Source: Squalus acanthias (taxonomy: Eukaryota). From it: a stretch of DNA of 64,000 nt. The notes beneath the pieces were generated by a model. The model made no database searches, was not told the DNA's origin, and saw only the letters and a list, made by a program, of their open reading frames with translations. The translations under genes and the position numbers were made by a program. Where the stretch lies: assembly GCA_030390025.1 (NCBI GenBank), contig CM059434.1, positions 106,454,001 through 106,518,000 of the forward strand. The letters are read 5' to 3'. Shown in pieces: positions 23,872-37,419 of the stretch (the stretch's first letter is position 1; each line of letters begins with the position of its first letter).

Positions 23872-25330
23872 TTATTTGTTTATGGGATGTGGGCGTTGCT
23901 GGCAAGGCCAGCATTTATTGCCCATCCCTAATTGCCCTTGCGAAGGTGGTGATGAGCCGGCTTCTTGAACCACTGCAGTCCGTGTGGTGAAGGTACTCCC
24001 ACAGTGCTGTTAGGGAGGGAGTTCCAGGATTTTGACCCAGCGACGATGAAGGAATGGTGGTATGCTTTCAAGTCAGGATGGTGTGTGACTTGGAGGGGAA
24101 CTTGGAGGTGGTGGTGTTCCCATGCGCCTGCTGCCCTTGTCCTCCTAGGTGGAAGAGGTCACGGGTTTGGGAGGTGCTGCCGAAGAAGCCTTGGCAAGTT
24201 GCTGCAGTGTATCTTGTAGATGGTACACACTGCAGCCACGGTATGCCGGTGGTGGAGGGAGTGAATGTTTAAGGTGGTGGATGGGGTGCCAATCAAGTGG
24301 GCTGCTTTGTCTTGGATGGTGTCGAGCTTCTTCAGTGTTGTTGGAGCTGCACTCATCCAGGCAAGTGGAGAGTATTCCATCACACTCCTTACTTGTGCCT
24401 TGTAGATGGTGGAAAGGCTTTGGGAAGTCAGGAGGTGAGACATTCGCCACAGAATACCTAGCCTCTGACCTGCTCTTGTTGCCACAGTATTTATGTGGCT
24501 GGTCCAGTTAAGTTCCTGGACAATGGTGACCCCCAGGATGTTGATGGTGGGGGGTTTGGCGATGGTAATGCTGTTGAATGTCAAGGGGAGGTGTTTAGAC
24601 TCTCACTTGTTGTAGATAGTCATTGCCTGGCACTTGTGTGGCGCGAATGTTACCTGCCACTTATCAGCCCAAGCTTGAACTTCATCCAGGTCTTGTTGCA
24701 TGCGGGCATGGACTGCTTCATTATCTGAGGAGTTGTGAATGGCGCTGAACACTGTGCAGTCATCAGCAAACATCCCCATTTCTGACCTTATGTTGGAGGG
24801 AAGGTTATTGATGAAGCAGCTGAAGATGGTTGGGCCTAGGACACTGCCTTGAGGAACTCCTGCAGCGATGTCCTGGGGCTGTGATGATTGACCTTCAACC
24901 ACCACAACCATCTTCTTTTGTGCTAGGTATGACTCCAGCCAGTGGAGAGCTTCCCCCCCGATTCCCATTGACTTCAGTTTTACTAGGGCTCCTTGATGCC
25001 ACACTCGGTCAAATGCTGCCTTGATGTCAAGGGCAGTCACTCTCATCTCACCTCTGGAATTCAGCTCCTTTGTCCATGTTTGAACCAAGGCTGTAATGAG
25101 GTCTGGAGCCGAGTGGTCTTGGCGGAACTCAAACTGGGCATCAGTGAGCAGGTTATTGGTGAGTAAGTGCTGCTTGATAGCACTGTCGATGACACCTTCC
25201 ATCACTTTGCTGATGATTGAGAGTAGACTGATGGGGCGGTAATTGGTCGGATTGGATTTGTCCTGCTTTTTGTGGACAGGACATACCTGGGCAGTTTTCC
25301 ACATTGTCAGGTAGATGCCAGTGTTGTAGC
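23872..25330 (-). mobile_element. CR1-Zenon-like LINE, 5'-truncated (RT + 3' end)
   Basis: [53 protein letters not shown]. Confidence 0.88.
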
Positions 25331-25652
25331 AGGGGGGGCGGGGGTGGTGGGGGGTGGGGGGGGGGTGGGTGGTGGGGGGGCTGGTGGGGGGGTGGTGGGG
25401 GGTGGGGGGGGGGTGGGTGGTGGGGGGGCTGGTGGGGGGGTGGTGGGGGGTGGGGGGTGGGGGGGTGGTGGGGGGTGGGGGGGGGGTGGGTGGTGGGGGG
25501 TGGGGGGGGGGGGTGGTGGGGGGCTGGTGGGGGGGTGTGGGTGGGGGGGGTGGTGGGGGGGTGTGGGTGGGGGTGGTGGGGGGGGGGGTGGGGGGTGGGG
25601 GGTGGTGGGGGGGCTGGTGGGGGGGGTGTGGGTGGGGGCGGTCGGGGGCGGG
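25331..25652. repeat. G-rich low-complexity tract (G-quadruplex-prone)
   Basis: About 320 bp of G-runs separated mostly by single T, with recurring ~48-bp subunits. Confidence 0.9.
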
Positions 25653-26859
25653 AACGACCAGACAAAGAAATCAATGGGTGAAAACAGCCTTACCCTGTAA
25701 AAATATGGTTAGTTCAACTCAATAACAAATAACAAGTCACATTGCAAAAGTTTCTTAGCTAAAAAATTTCCATAAAGCCAAGCTTTTACATTTTGAACTG
25801 TGTATTATATATTGTGGGAACTGAACAATTCCTCTGAACTGAATATGATGGCAACGCCTTCCTAATTAAAGATGAGAAAAACAAATGACATGATGAGACC
25901 TGTCAGTGGAGTGACTAATAATTGGCATCTATTCATATATCTACTGGCAATAAACATCAACAGGCCAGTCCTATAATAGTATGAGAGGGCTTCTGCACAT
26001 ACTCTGATCTCCTGTGTGCATTTTAAGTGGGCAAGTGTTCTCCAGCAACAAACAGAATTCAAATGCGATTAGAAATCAAATTTGTTCCAGTAACATTAAC
26101 CTAGTGTTGCCCATTTCCTGCATTTAAACCTTTTTTGGCAAACCCACACCACAAAACGCAGCAAATCTCTTACCAGTTCAGTTTTTGGATCATTTGAATT
26201 AAGATAGCTCTGCCTGCAACAGCCACATTACTGCAGAAATTCATTTCAAAGGGTTTGTTTTGACAGCCTTAGAAATAAAATTACAAGGGCAGTTTATAAT
26301 TCTTAAAGTTTTCACAATAGGGATTTTTTTTCAAGGGAGACAGCAAAAATGAGTCGTACACCATCAGTTATAGAATTATTTGAAAAGGGGAGTAAAAAAA
26401 AGGTTGCTCTTGCAGGCTGTTCAGTTCAGAAGTGAGGAAACCACTGAGTTAAGCTGTTAAAAACAAAACATGTCGGCCTGTTAAACAGCAATAGGTGTAA
26501 AGGATTACTAGTTATCCAAAACTTAAACTGCTCCCTAGGTAATTACAGCCTGCCAGATATCATTAATGATAGTTATTAATTCCAAAAATGGACTTAAGTT
26601 GTCTCTTGATCAGGTTTCAACAGTTTCTTGCAGTTTCTATTGCAATATATATTAAGCTGAAATGAGCAGTTTGGCTGCAATAAAATTTAGCTCAACTCTA
26701 TGAATTGTATTTATGTTTCTTCCCCTGATTGAAGCTATCAAAAAGCATTTTACTACCATCCACTCTCCTCACTTCTACTGTATCCTGCAACTTATCATGA
26801 GCAGCATCACTAACATTTAGTAAAAGTAGCATGCTGTGTGATATGAACATGATTGATTT

Positions 26860-28972
26860 ATAAGAGCAGGGGAGTTATCTCCGGTGTCCTGGCCAATATT
26901 TTATCCCTCAAGCAACGTAACAAAAACAGATCATCTGGTCCTTATCACATTGCTGTTTGTGGGAGCTTGCTGTGCACAAATTGGCTTTTTTTAAAATTCG
27001 CTTATGGGATCTGGGCTTCGCTGGCAAAGCCAGCATTTATTGCCCATCCCTAGTTGCCCTTGAGAAGGTGGTGGTGAGCCGCCTTCTTGAACCGCTGCAG
27101 TCCGTGTGGTGAAGTTACTCCCATAGTGCTGTTAGGTCGGGAGTTCCAGGATTTTGACCCAGCGACGATGAAGGATCGGCGATATACTTCTAAGTCAGGA
27201 TGGTGTGTGACTTGGAGGGGAACTTGTAGGTGATGGTGTTCCCATGCGCCTGCTGCCCTTGTCCTTCTAGGTGGAAGAGATTGCGGGTTTGGGAGTTGCT
27301 GCCGAAGAAGCCTTGGCGATTTGCTGCAGTGCATCTTGTAGATGGTACACACTGCAGCCACGGTACGCTGGTGGTGGAGGGAGTGAATGTTTAAGGTGGT
27401 GGATGGGGTGCCAATCAAACGGGCTGCTTTGTCCTGGATGGTGTTGAGCTTCTTGAGTGTTGTTGGAATGCACTCATCCAGGCAAGTGAAGACCATTCCA
27501 TCACACTCCTTACTTGTGCCTTGTAGGTGGTGGAAAGGCTTTGGGGAGTTGGGAGGTGAGACACTCGCTGCAGAATACCTAGCCTCTGACCTGCTCTTGT
27601 TGCCACAGTATTTATGTGGCTGGTCCAGTTAAGTTTCTGGACAATGGTGACCCCAGGATGTTGATGGTGGGGGATTTGGCGATGGTAATGCCGTTGAATG
27701 TCAAGGGGAGGTGTTTAGACTCTCACTTGTTGGAGATAGTCATTGCCTGGCACTTCTGTGGCGTGAATGTTACCTGCCACTTATCAGCCCAAGCCTGAAC
27801 ATCATCCAGGTCTTGTTGCATGCGGGCATGGACTGCTTCATTATCTGAGGAATTGTGAATGGCGCTGAACACTGTGCAGTCATCAGCGAACATCCCCATT
27901 TCTGACCTTATGTTGGAAGGAAGGTCATTGATGAAGCAGCTGAAGATGGTTGGGCCTAGGACACTGCCCTGAGGAACTCCTGCAGCGATGTCCTGGGGCT
28001 GTGATGATTGACCTTCAACCACCACAACCATCTTCCTTTGTGCTAGGTATGACTCCAGCCAGTGGAGTGTTTTCCCCACCGATTCCCATTGACTTCAGTT
28101 TTACTGGGGCTCCTTGATGCCACACTCGGTCAAATGCTGCCTTGATGTCAAGGGCAGTCACTCTCACCTCTGGAATTTCGCTCCTTTCTCCATGTTTGGA
28201 CCAAGGCTGTAATGAGGTCAGGGGCCGAGTGGTCTTGGCGGAACCCAAACTGGGCATCAGTGAGCAGGTTATTGGTAAGTGCCGCTTGATAGCACTGTTG
28301 ATGACATCTTCCATCACTTTGCTGATGATTGAGAGTAGACTGATGGGGCGGTAATTGGCCGGATTGGATTTGTCCTCCTTTTTGTGGACAGGACATACCT
28401 GGGCAGTTTTCCACATTGTCGGATAGATGCCAGTGTTGTAGCTGTACTGGAACAGCTTGGCTAGTGGCGTGGCTAGTTCTGGAGCACAAGTCTTCAGCAT
28501 GATAGCTGGGATGTTGTCGGGGCCGATAGCCTTTTCTGTATCTAGTGCGCTCAGCCGTTTCTTGATATCACGTGGAGTGAATCAAATTGGCTGAAGACTG
28601 GCTTCTGTGATGGTGGGGACCTCGGGAGTAGGCCGATATGGATCATCCACTCGGCACTTTTGGCTGAAGATGGTTGCAAACGCTTCAGCCTTGTCTTTTG
28701 CACTCAAGTGCTCGGCTCCACCATCATTGAGGATGAGGATATTCATGGAGCCTCCTCCTCCCATTAGTTGTTTAATGGTCTACCACCATTCACGACTGGA
28801 TGTGGCAGGACTGCAGAGCTTTGATCTGATCCATTGATTGTGGGATCGCTTAGCCCGCGTTTCCTAGATTACAACAGTGACTACACTCCAAAAGTACTTC
28901 ATTGGCTGTAAAGCGCTTTGGGACGTCTGGTGGTTATGAAAGGCGCTAGATAAATGCAAGTCTTTCTTTTTC
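26860..28972 (+). mobile_element. Deu-SINE (SacSINE1-like) split by a LINE insertion (pieces 26860-26986 and 28853-28972)
   Basis: Deu core aagagcaggggagttatctccggtgtcctggccaatatt...cacaaattggct resumes after the LINE as cgcgtttcctagattacaacagtgac... Confidence 0.75.
26987..28852 (-). mobile_element. CR1-Zenon-like LINE, 5'-truncated
   Basis: Same RT motifs as 23872-25330, extending further 5' (LKTCAPELATPLAKLFQYS). Confidence 0.88.
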
Positions 28973-29086
28973 TTCTAAACCTGTTTGCAGATTACTTTCC
29001 ATGCTTGTTTTATACCAAACTTTTTAACATGACCCTGCTTCAAATTTGTATTCCATATGAAATTTGTAGCTGTAAGATAAACAGCT

Positions 29087-29690
29087 TGGCCAGCTCGGTC
29101 AGTAGTTGTACTACATAGCCACTCTTGGTAATGGACATTGAAGTCCCAACCCAGAGTATATTTTGTGCCCTTGCTACCCTCAGTGCTTCCTCTGGGACAT
29201 TGGCTGATAGGTATGATTCTGCGCGTATAGCTATGTCAGACTTTTGATTGACTAGTCTGTCGTACAGCTCTCCCAAATTTGGCACCAGTCCACAGATATT
29301 AGTGATGAGGACCTTGGAGGGTGGACTGGGCTGGTGTGCCTTCGTTGTGTTCCGATTCAATGCCTAGGTCACAGCCGAGTGCTCTTTTTTTTAAAATGAT
29401 TGTTTTATAGCAGTTTGGTACAGCCAAGTACCACTTTGGAGGGTAGTTAAGAGTCAAACACATTGGTGTGGGACTGGAGTCACATAAAGGCGAAAGTGGG
29501 TAAGGATGGCAAGTTTCCTTCCCTGAAGGACATTAGTGAACCAGTTGGGTTTTTACGACAATCCGACAGCTTCATGGTCACTTATTGATACCAGCTCTAT
29601 AATCAACTGAATTCAAATTTTCAAACTGCCATGGTGGAATTTGAACTTTTATGTCCAGTAACATAACCACTTAACTGCTGTACCCATACT
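29087..29690 (-). mobile_element. Degenerate 5' / endonuclease fragments of the CR1-Zenon-like family
   Basis: TNICGLVPNLGELYDRLV...ESYL endonuclease N-terminus; the non-coding part is homologous to 56440-56840. Confidence 0.6.
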
Positions 29691-29701
29691 TGTAAATGCT
29701 G

Positions 29702-31686
29702 AACATAAGAATTAGGAGCAGGAGTAGGCCATACGGCTTTTCAAGCCTGCTAGGCCAATCAATAGGATCATGGCTGATCTTTGACCTCAACTCCACTTTC
29801 CCGCCTGATCCCCATATCCCTTAATTCCCCTAAAGTCCAAAAATCTATCTTATCTCAGTCTTGAATATACTCAACAATTCAGCATCCATAGCCTTTTGGG
29901 GTAGAGAATTCCAAAGATTCACAATCCTCTGGGTGAAGAAATTCCTTCTCATCTCAGTCTTAAATGGTCAACCCCTGATCCTGAGACTATGCCCCATAGT
30001 TCTAGAGTCTCCGCCCAGGGGAAACAACCTCTCAGCATCTAACCTGTCAATCCCCCTCAGAACCTTGTATGTTTCAATGAGATCACCTCTCATTCTTCTA
30101 AACTCCAGAGAGTATAGTCCCAATCTACTCAAACTCTCCTCATAGGACAACCCTCTCATCCCAGGGATCAATCCAGTGAACCTTTGTTGCACTGCCTCTA
30201 AGGCAAGTATGTCCTTCCTCAGATAAGGAGACCAAAATTGTGCACAGTATTCCAGGTGCAGTCTCACCAAGGCCCTGTACAATTGTAGTAAGACTTCCTT
30301 ACTCTTGTACGCCAACCCCCTTGCAATAAAGGCCAACATGCCATTTGCCTTCCTAATTGCTTGCTGTACTTGCATGCTCACTTTCTGTGTTTCCTGTACA
30401 AGGACACCTAAATCTCTCTGAACACCAACATTTAATAGTTTCTCACCATTTAAAAATATTCTGTTTTCCTATTCTTCCTACCAAAGTGAATATCCTCACA
30501 TTTACCCACATTATACTCCGTCTGCCACCTTATTGCCCACTCACTTAACCTGTCTATATCCCTTTGCAGGCTCGTTGTGTCCTCCTCACATCTTACTTTC
30601 CCACCTCGCTTTGTATCATCAGCAAACTTGGATACATTGCACTCGGTCCCTTCATCTAAGTCATTAATATAGATTGTAAATAGCTGAGGCCCAAACACTG
30701 ATCCGTGCGGCACCCCACGAGTTACAGCCTGCCAACCGGAAAATTACCCATTTATCCCTACTCTCTGTTTTATGTCCGTTAACCAATTCTCTATCCATGC
30801 TAATATTATTATTCCAATCCCATGAGACCTTATCTTGCGTAGCAATCTTTTAGGTGGCACCTTACCAAATGCCTTTTGGAAATCCAAATATACGACATCC
30901 ACTGGTTCCCCTTTATCTACCCTGCTAGTTACATCCTCAAAAAACTCTAATAAATTTGTTAAACATGATTTTCCTTTCATAAAACCATGTTGACTCTGCC
31001 TAATCATATTATGATTTTCTAAGTGCCCTGTTACCACTTCCTTAATAATGGATTCCAGAATTTTCCTAATGACTGATGTCAGGCTATCTGGCCTGTAATT
31101 CCCTGTTTTCTCTCTCCCTCCTTTCTTGAATAGTGGGGTTACATTTTCTATCTACAATCCACTGGGACCATTCCAGAATCTAGGGAATTTTGGAAGATCA
31201 CAACCAATGCATCCACTATCTCTGCAGCCACATCTTTTAGAACCCTAGGATGTAGGCCATCAGGTCCAAGGGATTTGTCAGCTTTTAGTCCCATTAGTTT
31301 CTCAAGTACATTTTCTCTAGTTATTAATTACTTTAAGTTCCTTAGTCTTCTTAGCCTCTTGGTTCCCCACTATTTTCGTATGCTTTTTGTGTCTTCTACT
31401 GTGAAGACAGATACAAAATATTTGTTTAAAGTCTCTGCCATTTCCTTATTCCCCATTATAATTTCACCTGTCTCAGTCTCTAAGGGCCCAATGCTTACTT
31501 TTGCTACTCTCTTCCTTTTTATATACTTGTAGAAGCTCTTACAATCTGTTTTTATATTTCTTGCTAGTTTACTCTCATATTCTGTTTTCCCCGTTTTATC
31601 CATTTTTTGGTCATCCTTTACTGGTTTCTAAAGCTCTCCCAATCCTCAGGCTTAGCACTATTTTTTGCAACATTATAAACTTCTTC
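29702..31686 (-). mobile_element. 5'-truncated CR1 LINE
   Basis: RT motifs YLDFQKAF and KFADDTK, and a CR1 3' tail at 29702. Confidence 0.92.
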
Positions 31687-32930
31687 TGAAGCCTGGTACT
31701 GCAATGCAACTGATAATATTTGAACATCTGTCATTTAATAACTTCTCATTAAATGTTATGTAGGTTTTAGTTTGCCAATACTTAGATGCTTTGCAGAAAA
31801 ATCCCCTAAACTCAACCAGAATTTGTTTATTCAGTAAAGTACTGTACCATGGAAACCAGCCCCATGAGGTCCCCATGGCACTGCATTGTGTGATACTCTG
31901 AAGTACTAATCAGAACAGTCTCAGGTTCAATCACTTGTTTATGCTCAATTATATAATTGCAGCCAATTGACAGGTGTACTCCGTGTCCCTGTAGTAGGGT
32001 GGGGAAGAAATAGCCAGAGCACTGTCCAGTGAACATGTGTGGAGGATGTCAAGTGAGGGCAGAACAAAGCTCGGGTATGAAACCTTGATGCTTGAATAAT
32101 TTTCTGAGTCACATTGTTCAGGCACATGCATGAAGAATGGTCATTTGGGTGAGGTACTGGAGGGCTGTCGGGACCTGTGGAACAGTACAATCACCACCTT
32201 TAGGAGACAAGGGAGAAATGGCGAGAAAAATATACTAGTGTGTGTGTTGTCGGTCATTTTTTATAAATATCCAAAGCTTTCCTATATAGGATCATTTTAG
32301 TTAAATGGATGAATTTTCTTTCACTGATATGATAACTGGCATTTTCTTAATTGCTGAAAATAATTTAGAAATATTTCTTCCCCCATTTCAGGCTTCTTCC
32401 AGCTGCCATCCACTCATTGTTTTGGCTGTGTGGATACATGTGAGGGAAAATGGTTTACTGTGCAATCATCATGAATCTTGGTGTGTGAATATCCATCAAA
32501 GCAGGACTGATTCTGGCAGATTCTTCGCTCTCGAAGGTCAAATGTGAGGTCTCCAGAGCTCATTTCCGAAATCTAAAAAGTTGCCATTAATTTTCAGCAT
32601 CAAATTGTTTTACTTTCTGACCTCACTACCTGGAAATATTGCTGCAGAGAAATGGTACTTGAACAGGCCTTTTCTGTATAAAGACTGTCCGACTACTGTT
32701 CAGTCAATATTTTCGATCAACTGGGTATCTGACATGCATGAAAACCCACCACCAAGTTTAAGAGTCTCCGAACCAAACTACTGAGAAATCCATACAGGTA
32801 GAGTTTCTGTTTGCCAAATATGGAATGCACACTCTCACTACCTCGGGACACACCCCACTTACCCAAGCCCAGAGAGAATAGGAGCAGGTTGGCAGCATCA
32901 AGGTTTAGGGATCTCAAGTGTGTTCAGGAG

Positions 32931-33093
32931 CAATGTTCCCGCTAAGCTGCGCGCACGCGCAGTCATCTGCAAGATTCCGTGCAGGTCGCTCACCGGCTTT
33001 TACATTGTAAATACCGCGCATGCGCAGAAATTTAAAGGGACCGCGCATTAGAACAGGCCCCGCAGAACAAAGCACAGCTTACAGGGAACATTG
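32931..33093. mobile_element. hAT-like MITE
   Basis: TIR CAATGTTCCC / GGGAACATTG; TSD TTCAGGAG / CTCAGGAG. Confidence 0.85.
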
Positions 33094-35104
33094 CTCAGGA
33101 GTACAGCTTGGGTTTAACCAGCTAAAACTGATGCATTCCACAACAAAGCACTAATGTGCTTCCTACTGCTTGTCCAGGTAAGACCACCTACCATTAGGGC
33201 ATTGACTTGGCAGGCTATCTGAAGGAAAAAATATATATAGCATCTTTCCAGACCTTGGGATGTCCCAAAAACAGGTGGTAAAGAAAATGATGATCCAGCT
33301 CCAAATGCTCTCATGTTAAATGGAGTCATATGTGATAACTTTCTGATATCTACATACCTCAAAAAGTAAGTAATTACATCTTCTCCATTCAAAAGGATCT
33401 ATTGTTGCACTCTACCATGATCAATCTGGTCTTGCTGAAGGTCCCGTGGGTTTTTTTTGCGGCTGAGCATAATTTGCAGCGGGAATAAAAGCTACTTACA
33501 GATTGTCTTTCTGTCTCTCAACATTTTAAGATTCTTTGGTGAAGTTTATTCACGATCTTTCATCTCAAGAAGTCTGAAATGGAGAAATTCTTGCTGGACC
33601 TGGACTTGTGCCTGTTTCCTGAGGAAATATTCTGGCACGGGTGGAATTTCCTTCTCTTGAAATAGTAACGGCCAAATGGTGTAATAAGCATAATAAGGCC
33701 TGAATCTTTTGCCAGCTGCACTTGCCAAAAACTAGAGTTAGTACCAAGCTATGAGGAAATATCTGCACTTAAAACTATCTTAACATTTGATTAACTGTGG
33801 GTAATGGGTGAGCTTTTCAATAAACACTGTTTAGTGAGGTCAACACAAACAAAATCTTATTCTTTTTGCCTAAAGAAAGAAGACTTGCATTTATATAACG
33901 CCTTTCACAACCTCAGGATGTCCCGGAGCCAACTGCAGCCAAGTCAGCCACCTACAGCCTATGTACCAGCACCATTCTGTTGATTTCTTTTGTACTCCTC
34001 TATTATTCTCATCCATGCCATTAAGGTAATGGAATACATTGCATAGTCATGAGAGCAAAAGATAAAGCATCTGACTTGAGCTTCAAAGTTTACTCACCGT
34101 AGATATTTTCAATGCATTGAAATAATTTAGGATTTTTTATTTTTAAGTCCACCACATCAATTTTATCCATTATGCCGAGATTTTTGATTGATGGATGATA
34201 TTCTCAAGTCCTTGAGCAACATAAATTATCTGTGGTGCTGAGTTTTCCTTTTCTTAATATCCTCAGAAGATATGAGACTAAAAATTCTAGGGAGGAGGGG
34301 TTTGGGTTTGTGGTGGGGGGGGGGGGGGGGGCGGGGAAGAGAGGGGGGTGATCCCAGTGCAGGAGGGGTTTAATTTAGGGAAAACCATATCTATGGGTTT
34401 CTACCCCTACACAAATTGCTCAATAATTGCAGTTGCTTTTTAGGCAGCAATCCCAGAGAGATCTATTACTTTTAAAAGGATGGTTCTTTGCTCCCTAAGG
34501 GGCAGATTTCAAATTTTATGCCCTGTTCTCTTGGTCCTTTTTGGGCCTCGGGTACCCTCTGTTGGAGGTGCAGCTGCTGCTGCTCTGATTTTTGCCGTAT
34601 CATTAATATTTAAGATACAATAAATTGACAAAATGTTGCAATTGTGTTACTGAGTGGCTGAAGTACCACTGATTGTGTGTGTGTGTATGCGCACTTGTGT
34701 GTTGCAGTAACTGAAATAAGTAATGACCTTTTCTTAAACAACAAATCCCAATGCACGAATACAGGTGGCTTGCAGAAACAGTAATACTCTTCAAACTTTA
34801 AAAAATATTTTAATGTTTTAGCCTACTGGTGGTTTATCTGCAATACAGTTCAGAGTTTACTAAGATGCAGTCAACACTGCTCCTTCAGCAACACAATATC
34901 ACGTTTGAGTGCAGCTACCATAAGGTATCAAAGAATGCACACCGTTATAAGGCTAGTAATACACTAAGATGAATGCCTGGATGAAATACTGGCTGATGTA
35001 TATAGCACAGCTCACAAGGAAACGATTGAAGAGTTACTGTAAATAACTAGATGGCATCCCTGAGGAAATTGTTGAAGTATGCTCTCATGGGTTTGAAAGA
35101 TAAT

Positions 35105-35712
35105 TGGCCAGATTTTGCAGTAGAAATAATGGTGAGCCTAACGGCGCTCACCCGAACAACGCTCACGGTTATCAACATGTAAATCGGACAGCAACTTCCG
35201 GCGACCCCAAATGCGCAGTTAAATGCGTAAGTCAGGAAGTGGCTGTCTGAGATGCCCAGCTCCCTCAGAAGCTACGCGAGAATGGTATTTCGCTGACTTA
35301 CCATTGGAAACACAAGGAATGGCGTGAAGTTGCTGTACTTACATGATAGATACACACTAAACTCGCCTGAAAAAGTTAGGACTTGTCCATTCCAGTATAA
35401 GTAATTTTTAATGGCGTGTAAAGTCTTAATTACTGCCAAACAACCTCTCTGCCACTGGAAATTAATGTTAACAAGTGTGGAGTCTCATTCCTTCAGATTT
35501 TAATTATTGGAGATTCAAAAAAAATATATTTTTTTAAACTTTTATCTTTGTCTCTTATCTCTCTCAATCCAATCTTCCTTTTCCCTCTCTTTATTTCGCT
35601 TTCTGTACATGATTTGACATTGAACTAAATATTCGAACTGACACTTCCTGGTTTAGACTCTGTGCTGGTCATTAACAATTCTTTAATCTGATTGGTTAAG
35701 GAGTTACACAGT
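35105..35712. mobile_element. Probable Harbinger-like MITE remnant (continues after the HE1 insertion)
   Basis: Starts GGCCAGATTTTGC; GC-rich end followed by an AT-rich core, like the other MITEs here. Confidence 0.4.
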
Positions 35713-35715
35713 GTA

Positions 35716-35984
35716 AAAATGTGCGGGTTAGGTTGATTTGGCTATGATAAATTGACCCTTAGTGTTAGGGGAGGATTAAATATGTGGGGTTATGGGGATA
35801 GGATGGGATATGTTAGGGGGAATACCTGGGGTTACGGGGGTAGGGTGGGATATGTGTACTGTGGGGATTAAAGCAGGGACAGGGTACTGGATTTGGATGA
35901 TCAGCCATGATCGTATTGAATGGTGGAGCAGGCTCGACGGGCCGAATGGCCTACTCCTGCTCCTAGATTCTATGTTTCTATGTT
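35716..35984 (+). mobile_element. 5'-truncated HE1-type SINE with alternative CR1 tail
   Basis: Body atgtgcgggttaggttgatttggctatgataaattgacccttagtgttagggg matches the copy at 38112-38431. The tail matches the CR1 3' end at 3311-3425. Confidence 0.8.
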
Positions 35985-37164
35985 TAGCTGCCCTGTTCAC
36001 ACATGTCCCAGATGCTCTGTAGAGGGTGCTGTGCTTTTTCCAATACTTGGCTGACAGGAACTTCAAAATCCATAGAAAGTCTACGGTAAGTATAATGAAC
36101 AGCGCCCAACGGATTTATACGGTCAACTGCATTTCAGATGACTGAAATTAAGAAAATAGAAATGAATGACCATTATTAGTTAGGTTAATGAAAACAAGTG
36201 AATTAATTAGCCAAGAGTGAGTAAAGCCCACATAGTTGGCCAATGCTGTACAGTATCACATGTATTCTCAGCAAGGATTTGAAAATGTAACCTCTGATAA
36301 TTACTTCTAATTAGTGTTCCAGCATTGTAATGGAATTACATATAGATTAATCAGTTTTCAATACCCTTTTCATGTTTGTTATAATTCTAACTCTCAACCA
36401 ATGTTAACAATAGCTCTATATTATCTTGCTAATGGCACTTGTAGAATGCCCATTAAAGACATGAAACACCACATAAGGAGAGTATGCAAGAGACTGAAGA
36501 CAATGTAAGCAGAATAGACTATCCTTTGCTAATAACAACAACAACAACTTGCATTTATATAGCACCTTTAACGTAGTAAAACATTCCAAGGCTCTATACA
36601 GGAGTGTAATCAGACAAAAATGTGTGCAAATAGATTATTTGGTATCTTTGCAAATGAGGCTCAGTTAGAAAACATGGTCTTGAAAATATGGTACAAATAG
36701 TCCACTATTTATACAGCACTGGCAATTCAGGTTCTGAGTCATTCTTACTCCTAAAGTATCTGCAGTTAAAGAAAGAGCGATGAGGGTGACATTCAAACCT
36801 GTTGATAAGGTTATTGAAAAGTTTGGCGTAAGGACAAGATTGCTTTTGCTGTTTTTTTCCCCCTAAATTATCAACTGGAGAAATTTCAGCCTAAAATCAC
36901 TAAGTGCTGCAGAATGTTTAAAAATGTTACAACACTGAAGTGCTTTCCAAGAAATGCTGGTGCAGAGTTTCAGTTTCACCTTCAAAGAAACAAAGTTACA
37001 CTGTGATTGAACTGCAGGCTATATAGGCATAAAATTAAAGTATTGTACATTTTTTTTTCAAAACGCTGAAACCAAAACACAACTAAAATAATTAATGTTT
37101 TCACAGCTGCTCACTGCATGAATATATACTTCTTCTGTCTTGTTCCATAGCTACGATTCCAGAG

Positions 37165-37238
37165 CTACACTGTAGTTTCTTTAGATTCTGGTACTCCTGT
37201 TGATGGCTTAAAGTTAATCACCTCTTTATATGTATGAC
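37165..37238 (-). CDS. MAPK12: MAPK12 (p38-gamma) last coding exon 12: (C)HTYKEVINFKPSTGVPESKETTV*
   Basis: Acceptor ttttctccctag, phase matches exon 11, and it ends in a PDZ-ligand-type KETTV motif plus TAG. Confidence 0.88.
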
Positions 37239-37419
37239 CTAGGGAGAAAAGAAGTGGATTTATTCCCTGGCAACATACCATGTTTTACACATTGCAGAAA
37301 TTTCATCGTTCCATTTGTCTCTGGTGCCTTTTACGAGTTTTTCCTATGAAGAACTCAGTCTGCACTCTCTCTGTAAAAGACATACTCCTACAAAAGAGAC
37401 ACTAATTTATGCCGTTACT

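Noticed and set aside
25153-25725. Proline/histidine-rich and glycine-rich ORFs
   Set aside because: These are translation artefacts of the G-rich low-complexity tract.
33457-33768. Cluster of short ORFs in unique-looking sequence
   Set aside because: No recognisable motif and frequent stops; may be MAPK12 3'UTR or intergenic sequence.
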